NCBI GenBank assembly: GCA_041666845.1
Contig: JBAYGC010000004.1
Span: forward strand, 7,965 to 71,964
Direction: 5' to 3'
Length of the DNA: 64,000 bases
Source: Patescibacteria group bacterium
GTDB lineage: Bacteria > Patescibacteriota > Patescibacteriia > UM-FILTER-42-10
Shown here: positions 57,174-64,000 of the stretch, one piece after another
How the letters are laid out: each line of letters opens with the position of its first letter
Position numbering within the stretch: position 1 is the stretch's first letter
Translations under genes and position numbers: made by a program
Notes under the pieces: model-generated
What the model saw: the letters and a program-made list of their open reading frames with translations, nothing else
Database searches by the model: none
What the model was told of the DNA's origin: nothing

Positions 57174-58466
57174 ATGTTGGTAATCTTCTTGAAAGGTTTG
57201 ATCTACCTGAAGAAAGTGATTTTCTTTTTGGGAAAATATCTGATAGTAATCCCTGTTCAAAAAATAGCAAGTTTTATATTTTATTTCCTGATTGTCCGGA
57301 TGTATAAGATATATTTGACAATCAAATCACAGTTGGGTTCAATTTACCGTCCGGCAAAAGGAAAATTGCTTTATTCTTTCTCAACCAGGTATGTCGTGCA
57401 TGCGCTGATAATCCTATTAACAATTATTGTCACAACCAGCAATTTAAATGCCAAGGAGCTAAACTCGGAAGTCGGACAAAATAATATCCTATCAACCCTT
57501 GTTCATCCACAGGGCGAAGAGCTGTACGTTGAGACCTCTGAAACCAACATTGATAATAATTCAATCTTCGCGCAGTCTAGCGGAAGTGTTACCAGTTCAG
57601 GAGGTATTGGTGGCAATACTGTGACAATCGGCGATAACACTACTATTACTGCGGAAGGGGCGATTATTAAACCGAATTTAATTGCCACAACGATTGGTGA
57701 CCGTGTTCGTGAATCAGTAATTTATCATGACGTCCAGGGCGGAGAAACAGTTAGCGACATTGCGGCTTTATATAGTGTTTCTACTAATACAATATTATGG
57801 GAAAATAAACTTGGTGCCCGAGATTTTATCAAACCCGGACAAAGATTAACCATTCTTCCGGTATCCGGAATTTCTTATCAAGTTAAATCCGGAGATACTC
57901 TGGACAAAATAGCAGAAAAATACGGAGCAAAGGCAGATGAAATAGTTGAATACAACCAGTTGGCTTCCGCTGAAGCAATTTCCAAAGATCAGATTATCAT
58001 ATTGCCCGGCGGAGTGCCGCCGGCACCACCGGCGCCTGTTGTACAGCCAACATCCCGCTTCGCTTCTGTTTCCGATTTCTTCGTGCCGGATGATGCGACA
58101 CCGACATATGGCACAAAACTACAATGGCCGACACCCAGTCACAGGATCAACCAATATTATGGCTGGCGACATACAGGACTGGACATTGACGGTACTACTG
58201 CTTCTCCAAACTATGCTGCTGACACAGGGCGTGTTATCTACGCCGGCTGGTCGGGCGGATACGGACTGATGGTGAAGATTGATCATGGCAACGGTATGCA
58301 GACACTCTATGGCCATTTCAGCAAAATAGCCGTCAGCGTCGGTGACAACGTCACTAGGGGTCAAACACTGGGTATGATGGGTTGTACGGGTTGGTGTACA
58401 GGAAATCATTTACACTTCGAAGTGATTGTAAACGGTAAGAAACAGAACCCATTAAGTTATTTATAA
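57174..58466 (+). CDS. LysM + M23 peptidase family protein
   Basis: Two LysM domains (H.VQ.GET, Y.VKSGDTL); HTGLD, YGH, HLHFEV. Confidence 0.92.
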   Translation: MLVIFLKGLIYLKKVIFFLGKYLIVIPVQKIASFIFYFLIVRMYKIYLTIKSQLGSIYRPAKGKLLYSFSTRYVVHALIILLTIIVTTSNLNAKELNSEVGQNNILSTLVHPQGEELYVETSETNIDNNSIFAQSSGSVTSSGGIGGNTVTIGDNTTITAEGAIIKPNLIATTIGDRVRESVIYHDVQGGETVSDIAALYSVSTNTILWENKLGARDFIKPGQRLTILPVSGISYQVKSGDTLDKIAEKYGAKADEIVEYNQLASAEAISKDQIIILPGGVPPAPPAPVVQPTSRFASVSDFFVPDDATPTYGTKLQWPTPSHRINQYYGWRHTGLDIDGTTASPNYAADTGRVIYAGWSGGYGLMVKIDHGNGMQTLYGHFSKIAVSVGDNVTRGQTLGMMGCTGWCTGNHLHFEVIVNGKKQNPLSYL

Positions 58467-58468
58467 AC

Positions 58469-58502
58469 AAAAAAGGCTTGATTGCGTAATTGAGCCTTTT
58501 TT
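58469..58502 (+). terminator. Rho-independent terminator
   Basis: aaaaaaggcttgatt-gcgt-aattgagcctttttt. Confidence 0.65.
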
Positions 58503-58533
58503 ATTATTTTTAAAATGATATAATAGATCCGCT

Positions 58534-59196
58534 ATGGGAAATTTATATACTATTGCCACACCAATTGGAAACTTAGAGGATATTACTCTAAGAGCCCTTA
58601 AAACGCTCAAAGAGGTGGATCTTATCGCATGTGAAGACACCAGGCACACATTGATACTATTGAATCATTTTGAAATCAACAAACCTCTGATTAGCTATCA
58701 CCAGCACAGTAAAATATCCAAAATAGATTACCTGATCGGGGAATTGAAGGCGGGTAAAAATGTTGCGGTAGTTACTGACGCTGGTACACCCGGTATATCC
58801 GATCCCGGACAGGTTTTAATAAATAAAGCCATAGAAAATAATATTTCTGTAATACCAATTCCAGGCCCGTCTGCGGTTATTACAGCGCTCTCCGCAGCTG
58901 GTGTACCAACCGATTCATTTGTATATTTAGGATTTCTTCCCCATAAAAAAGGAAGGAAAACAATACTAGATTCTTTTGAAAATGAAAAAAGAACAATTGT
59001 TTTTTATGAATCAACGCACCGTATCGAAAAACTGCTTGGAGAATTAATAAACATCCTTGGAGATAGAAAAATTGTAATTGCTCGTGAATTGACCAAAATT
59101 TATGAAGAATTCTTAAGAGGTACTGTTACTGAAGTGCAGGAAAATTTAAAAGTCACTAAAGGTGAGTTTGTGGTAATTATCAGCGCCATTAAGTAA
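58534..59196 (+). CDS. rsmI: 16S rRNA C1402 2'-O-methyltransferase
   Basis: LY.IATPIGNLEDIT.RA, CEDTR, DAGTPGISDPG, RELTK.YEE. Confidence 0.96.
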   Translation: MGNLYTIATPIGNLEDITLRALKTLKEVDLIACEDTRHTLILLNHFEINKPLISYHQHSKISKIDYLIGELKAGKNVAVVTDAGTPGISDPGQVLINKAIENNISVIPIPGPSAVITALSAAGVPTDSFVYLGFLPHKKGRKTILDSFENEKRTIVFYESTHRIEKLLGELINILGDRKIVIARELTKIYEEFLRGTVTEVQENLKVTKGEFVVIISAIK

Positions 59197-59217
59197 TAGC
59201 CATCCCTCTGTCTATTT

Positions 59218-59244
59218 GTCATTCCCGACCTGATTGGGAATGAC
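59218..59244. repeat. Short palindrome gtcattccc-N9-gggaatgac
   Basis: Perfect 9-bp arms in an intergenic region. Confidence 0.5.
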
Positions 59245-59249
59245 CTAAC

Positions 59250-59280
59250 AAAAAAGAGCTGTGATCTACACAGCTCTTTT
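59250..59280. terminator. Bidirectional terminator
   Basis: aaaaaagagctgtg-atcta-cacagctctttt between convergent genes. Confidence 0.75.
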
Positions 59281-59292
59281 CTATTTTATAAA

Positions 59293-60024
59293 CTAGAAAT
59301 TTGTCCCGGGCGCAGTAATCATTCCCGCGCCAAAATCATTAACCATCAGTTTGCTCGGGTCCATACTGACCATGATTGGTGTCGAGGCCGTGGTTCCATC
59401 CTTATAAGTAACTACTATGTTGAATGATAACGTACGGTTTATCGAAGCCGGTGTATGGTTAGCATACTGCAGTATATTGCTTGAATTGTGTGAGCCCATA
59501 GTCTCAAGGATATCATCTTCGTTGTACGTCACGCCCGGACGGCATTCGATACGCACCTCCACTGCTGATATTTGTGTTTGACTGCTACTGATCCAAGTAC
59601 CAAGATTCGGTGTATTGGAAACTGTCTCGCAACTGCCCATGGCACTCATATTATTTATACTGACATTCTCCGCGGCTACGGCAGACGCTTCATTAGTTGT
59701 TTTTACTGACGCGTGCCCGAGCATATAGTAACCCGGCTCATGGATTTTTGTTGTGGAAAATTCCATAGCACTAACAGTTGCGTATGTTGAATCAACTGTT
59801 GCATATTTTCCTGTTGCCGGTTTTTTATTACCTTCTGAAACGGTCGAGTTCATATTAGCCGACTGATTTACATTAATTGCAGAATTTGTATTTGAGATAT
59901 TAGTATTATAATCATCTCCGGCACCCTGAGATAAAAAATACCAGGTTAAACCACCACCAATAATTACTACCCCGGCAATAATAGCTATCAATGCTACTGT
60001 GACAATCCCTTTCTGGTTATTCAT
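59293..60024 (-). CDS. Membrane-anchored hypothetical with pilin-like N-terminus
   Basis: MNNQKG then TM helix, Asn-rich linker. Confidence 0.7.
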   Translation of the reverse strand: MNNQKGIVTVALIAIIAGVVIIGGGLTWYFLSQGAGDDYNTNISNTNSAINVNQSANMNSTVSEGNKKPATGKYATVDSTYATVSAMEFSTTKIHEPGYYMLGHASVKTTNEASAVAAENVSINNMSAMGSCETVSNTPNLGTWISSSQTQISAVEVRIECRPGVTYNEDDILETMGSHNSSNILQYANHTPASINRTLSFNIVVTYKDGTTASTPIMVSMDPSKLMVNDFGAGMITAPGTNF

Positions 60025-60060
60025 ATTATTTTGACTGATAATTTTAATTAAATATGTGAC

Positions 60061-61317
60061 TTAATCAGTGAATTGGAAAGTAGAAATCATATCCTCAAAA
60101 ATCTCCGTATACGAACCTTGAAATTCATCTTCAGGAATATACTGGACTATGCTGTATAGTCTCCCATCTTTTAGCATATATAATCGGTTGTTGTAAGCGC
60201 CAAAAACATCTTCACCGGTCTGCCGGATCGCTGCAATGCCGTCAACAGTCACATTGTTTTGCGTTATCACCGTAGAGTCCCCGTTAATATTAGCAACCGC
60301 TTCCGTAACCGTTGCTGCGGTATTTCCTCCCCACCAAATCTCAACTTTACTGCCCTGCATCATTTCTGTCGCCACTTCCTGAGCCAGCGCGCGCTCATCC
60401 ATAAACATCACCGGATTGCCAGAGCTTAAGTCCAGCTCCCAAGTATCCGGGTAATCAATGGAAAACGCGGGTGCTTGGTTGGTATAAGTTTGCCAGCCAC
60501 TTGTCATCGTAGTATCTGAAGTGAATTGGAATGTGGAAACAAAACTGTTATATAGTGCCTCACGTTCAGATGAAAATTCAGGTGATAATTGATTGCCTGT
60601 ACTGATTTGGTAAAAAATATCATCAGTAATGAACATAGTGTTTGCTCCAACAACCTTTTCATTTCCGCTGCTATCTTTAACTATATTCATAAATACAAAT
60701 GCCCGTTCCCCATTTATTGTTTTTTCTTCATAAGTAGCATCCTCGCTAATATATTTTGGCATATTACTTGCAAGTACATCTTCGAGACTCTCAACACCGG
60801 CGGAATTGTCTGATGTATTGACTCTAACTACCATGTCGTTACCTATTTGGAAGTCTACAATATAACCAAGGTCATCAGAACCACTAATTCCACTTCCCAA
60901 CTCACTATAGCTCCCATTTGCTGGATATTTAACTTTATAATTATATCTATCACTTACATATAACTCCCACTCCGCAGTCACCGCAAAAGTATTGGTATTA
61001 AGTGCTGTGTTGGTATTTGAATGTGGATTAAATCCACTATTTGTATTAGCCGAAGTATTTGTATTGGTAATCACTTCCGTGAACGTCTTTCCGCCCGCCG
61101 CGCATTGTCTGGGATAACTTTCCATTACTGGATAGCCGGCGGCCTCACATTCAGCAAAAGAATTTATTGTAACTACTGTGTTGGTATTTGAAGTATTGGT
61201 ATTTGCATTGTCGGAACGCCCGAATATTAACCACCACGCACCTAAAAAAATAACTGCAGCCCCGACAAACGCCGAAATTGCAATGATTAAATGAGTAAAT
61301 TTATTTTGATTAATCAT
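60061..61317 (-). CDS. Membrane-anchored protein with two PsbP/Mog1-like domains
   Basis: SF.EC.AAGYPVMESYPRQC; W..Y.....Y...YP...W; ...STFQF twice. Confidence 0.65.
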   Translation of the reverse strand: MINQNKFTHLIIAISAFVGAAVIFLGAWWLIFGRSDNANTNTSNTNTVVTINSFAECEAAGYPVMESYPRQCAAGGKTFTEVITNTNTSANTNSGFNPHSNTNTALNTNTFAVTAEWELYVSDRYNYKVKYPANGSYSELGSGISGSDDLGYIVDFQIGNDMVVRVNTSDNSAGVESLEDVLASNMPKYISEDATYEEKTINGERAFVFMNIVKDSSGNEKVVGANTMFITDDIFYQISTGNQLSPEFSSEREALYNSFVSTFQFTSDTTMTSGWQTYTNQAPAFSIDYPDTWELDLSSGNPVMFMDERALAQEVATEMMQGSKVEIWWGGNTAATVTEAVANINGDSTVITQNNVTVDGIAAIRQTGEDVFGAYNNRLYMLKDGRLYSIVQYIPEDEFQGSYTEIFEDMISTFQFTD

Positions 61318-61327
61318 ATCATTCGAG

Positions 61328-62050
61328 TTAGTTATTTTTTAATTGAAATGAATTATAAAAAGTTTCAAATTCCAGATTGCGGCTGGCACCGTCATTGATC
61401 GCATAGAGCGTGTCACCATCCTCAAAGAATATTTGTACGTGTCTCCAGCCTGTTATCGTATCCGTCGTTACAGTAGCTCTGGTCGCCTGCTTGCCGGCAA
61501 CTGTAATTCTTTCTCTTATCTCCCTGCGGTCCGAAAACTGACTGCCCATTTTAGCAATTAATTCATCCATTTCGGTTGAAGCGGTACTATAAAGCAGAAC
61601 AGACCAGATATTATCACCTTCTACCTCCGGTGATGAAAATGTGACAGTCTCCAAAGCAAGGTCTGATCCGGATATGTCTGTGTGCATTTCCCAACCACTG
61701 GGATATTGCACAGTAAATTTTTGATGTTCATATAACTGCCTTTCTTCATTCTGGACGTTTGTGTTTGCAGTCACATTAATATTAGACGCACTCTTTATTT
61801 TAATACAACTGCACTGGCATTCGCCGTTGACTAGCCGATAATTACTGCTCGTACCTGCCGAACAGATCTGCTCCTCCTGACATTTACCGATGCATGCGGT
61901 AATAATATTATTTGAAGGATCTAGATCACCACCGACGTATGTATTAAAATACCAAAAAATTCCGTACGCCAAGCCGGCAATCAATGTAATCATTATCATA
62001 GCAATTGATAATGTCAGAATGATGTGAATATAATTTGTGCTTCCCTTCAT
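61328..62050 (-). CDS. Membrane-anchored PsbP-like domain protein
   Basis: TM, Cys cluster, FTVQYPSGW...ITVAGK.A...F..F..SFQ. Confidence 0.65.
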   Translation of the reverse strand: MKGSTNYIHIILTLSIAMIMITLIAGLAYGIFWYFNTYVGGDLDPSNNIITACIGKCQEEQICSAGTSSNYRLVNGECQCSCIKIKSASNINVTANTNVQNEERQLYEHQKFTVQYPSGWEMHTDISGSDLALETVTFSSPEVEGDNIWSVLLYSTASTEMDELIAKMGSQFSDRREIRERITVAGKQATRATVTTDTITGWRHVQIFFEDGDTLYAINDGASRNLEFETFYNSFQLKNN

Positions 62051-62147
62051 ATTTTATGGTAAATATACTACTATAGTATATACCATTTTGTGTTTTTATT
62101 ATAGATTTATGATTAAAGATTAAAGATATTTCCATAAATCTTAAAAC

Positions 62148-63668
62148 TTATAACTTTAATCTGTACTGAAGCGCCTCGGCAATGTGCTGGGTTTGGATTT
62201 TCTCCACCTGTTCTATATCGGCAATTGTTCTGGCTACTTTCAGTACCCGATAATACGCCCGGGCTGACAGGGGGAATTTTTCCACTGCTTGCTTTAACAA
62301 TGCCTGAGCCTCTTTACCCACCCGGCAGTAACAGTTGATCTCCTTTTGTGTCATCTCAGAATTTTCCAAAAGTCCGACCGGTTTTAAGCGATCAATTTGG
62401 ATTAACCGTGCTTTTTTTACTTTTTTTCTAATCTCGATTGTTTCTGAAAGCGTTCCCGGTTCTTTAACCAGTTCTGAAAATTCAATCCTGGCAACTTCGA
62501 CATGCAAATCCATCCTATCAAGCAATGGTCCGGATACTCTTTTTTGGTAATTAATTATTTGGTTGGGTGCGCACCGACACTCCTTTTTCGGGTCGGAAAG
62601 ATAACCGCATGGGCAAGGATTAGCTGCGGTGATCAGCATGAACTTAGCAGGAAACTGAATTGTACTGGACACTCTGGCCACCATTACTTGCCCATCCTCC
62701 AAAGGCTGGCGAAGACTCTCTAAAACAATCCGCGGGAATTCCGGTAACTCGTCCAAAAACAACACCCCGCGGTGCGCCAAAGATATTTCGCCCGGCTTTG
62801 GAGTTCTGCCGCCGCCGATCAGTGCGGCGGCAGATGCGGTATGGTGTGGTGATCTGAACGGTCTTTTGGTAATCAGTGCCCCGCCTTTAGCCAGCAATTT
62901 GGCAACACTGTAAATTTTAGTAACTTCAAACATTTCCGGTGTTTCCAGTTCCGGAAGAATTGAAAGGATACTTCTGGCCAACATCGTTTTGCCAGTGCCG
63001 GGAGGACCGGTCATAAAGAGATTGTGCCCGCCGGCCGCAGCAATCACCAGCGCCCGTTTGGCAAATTCCTGACCTTTCACTTGAGAAAAAGTTTCATCAA
63101 TATTACCATCATCAGTCTGCTTTGTAATACGATACAGCGTTGGAGTTATTAGCCGGACATTATTTAAATGATCAACAAGCTGCATTAAGCTTGAAACAGC
63201 GAACACTTTTACGCCGGAGATGACCCGTGCTTCCTCTATGTTTTCAGCGGGTAAAAATATGTTTCTGATATGATTTTGTTTCGCCATCATAACGACAGAT
63301 AATACCCCACTCACCTTCCGTACCGTTCCATCCAAAGCAAGCTCCCCAATGAATATTGATTTCTCTTTTGGTAAGTTTATATCAACACCCCGCGTTGCCA
63401 TATATATCCCCAATGCTATCGGCAAGTCAAACGATGAACCTTCTTTTTTCAGATCGGCAGGTGCCAAATTTACCGTTACCCTGGTTCTGGGAAATGGCAG
63501 GCCACTATTAATGATCGCCGAGCGAACCCTGATCTTGGCTTCCTGTACAGCAGTATCCGGTAACCCCACCACAATCATATTGGGCAGGCCAGGCGCGACA
63601 TCCGCTTCCACTTCAATAATTTGGCTTTCGATACCGACTAAAGCGGCGGAGTATAGTTTTGAAGGCAT
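62148..63668 (-). CDS. comM: YifB/ComM Mg-chelatase-like AAA+ ATPase
   Basis: VGLPD.AV.E, NLAPA..KK.G..FDL, GPPGTGKT, PFRSPHH, FLDELPEF, NPCPCG, SAR...R..KVARTIAD. Confidence 0.95.
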   Translation of the reverse strand: MPSKLYSAALVGIESQIIEVEADVAPGLPNMIVVGLPDTAVQEAKIRVRSAIINSGLPFPRTRVTVNLAPADLKKEGSSFDLPIALGIYMATRGVDINLPKEKSIFIGELALDGTVRKVSGVLSVVMMAKQNHIRNIFLPAENIEEARVISGVKVFAVSSLMQLVDHLNNVRLITPTLYRITKQTDDGNIDETFSQVKGQEFAKRALVIAAAGGHNLFMTGPPGTGKTMLARSILSILPELETPEMFEVTKIYSVAKLLAKGGALITKRPFRSPHHTASAAALIGGGRTPKPGEISLAHRGVLFLDELPEFPRIVLESLRQPLEDGQVMVARVSSTIQFPAKFMLITAANPCPCGYLSDPKKECRCAPNQIINYQKRVSGPLLDRMDLHVEVARIEFSELVKEPGTLSETIEIRKKVKKARLIQIDRLKPVGLLENSEMTQKEINCYCRVGKEAQALLKQAVEKFPLSARAYYRVLKVARTIADIEQVEKIQTQHIAEALQYRLKL

Positions 63669-63724
63669 GGGTCTTTTGGTAATTGGTTATTTCGTAATTG
63701 GTAATTGTCAAAATGTACTCCTCG

Positions 63725-64000
63725 CTATATTTTCTGCCTATCAATAGATCGAATTAGACCATTAATAAGCATCCCGACTTGATTACATTTACAGATTAAA
63801 GTGTTGGACTCTACTTCATTGATATAATCCAAACTCACAGCAAGTATCAAATAATTATGAACCTCAGCCAATGATCCTCTGGCAATATAGTAAATGCGTA
63901 CTTTGTCCCTGAAATGATAACGTGCAAATCCCTCAGCTATGTTTGCGGGAGCAGAAAGAGAAGCTCTTCTTAGCTGACTAATGATTCCAAAGGTTTCTTC
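63725..64000 (-). CDS. Four-helix-bundle protein (23S rRNA-IVP/Avd-like family), 5' end outside window
   Basis: Manual translation EETFGIISQLRRASLSAPANIAEGFAR....K.R.Y.IARGSLAE...MLINGLIRSI. Confidence 0.88.
   Translation of the reverse strand, partial: EETFGIISQLRRASLSAPANIAEGFARYHFRDKVRIYYIARGSLAEVHNYLILAVSLDYINEVESNTLICKCNQVGMLINGLIRSIDRQKI

Noticed and set aside
1-64000. CRISPR array, integrase/transposase, rRNA, or genetic-code reassignment
   Set aside because: No regularly spaced repeats or recombinase motifs seen; long ORFs are intact in code 11 and TGA acts as a stop (ATGA overlaps).

Overview
AT-rich, gene-dense, mostly minus-strand window with the hallmarks of a Patescibacteria/CPR chromosome (lineage inferred, Parcubacteria/ABY1-like; standard code 11). 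A CPR-type T4SS-like locus is present in two halves: TSP3-repeat protein, 3114-aa Cys-rich adhesin, VirB6-like protein and a hypothetical at 35.8-51 kb, and a hypothetical, PrgI, TraC-like, VirB4, VirB8-like protein and pilin at 0-6.9 kb. Between them lies a ~28-kb accessory island. It holds one stand-alone PPDK/PEP-synthase ATP-binding domain gene, seven paralogous proteins with a variable N-terminus plus a C-terminal phospho-His swivel (PEP-utilizer mobile) domain, five divergent PyrE-like phosphoribosyltransferases, an MtnK/APH-like kinase, a His-phosphatase, a LOG/SLOG-like protein, a two-component system, a pilin/surface-protein block and tRNA-Arg(CCG). My best candidate for a new system is a split, modular 'one ATP donor, many acceptor modules' phosphotransferase array (rifampin-phosphotransferase-like chemistry) linked to PRTases. 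Also notable are three GC-rich orphan genes behind consensus or near-consensus sigma70 promoters with long structured leaders, a 28-bp palindrome inserted into a -35 box, an FN3 domain apparently split across two genes, and LeuRS with an inserted alpha/beta-hydrolase. The right end is housekeeping (rsmA, tsaC/sua5, MFS, leuS, LysM-M23, rsmI, comM). All calls come from motif reading only; no searches were run.
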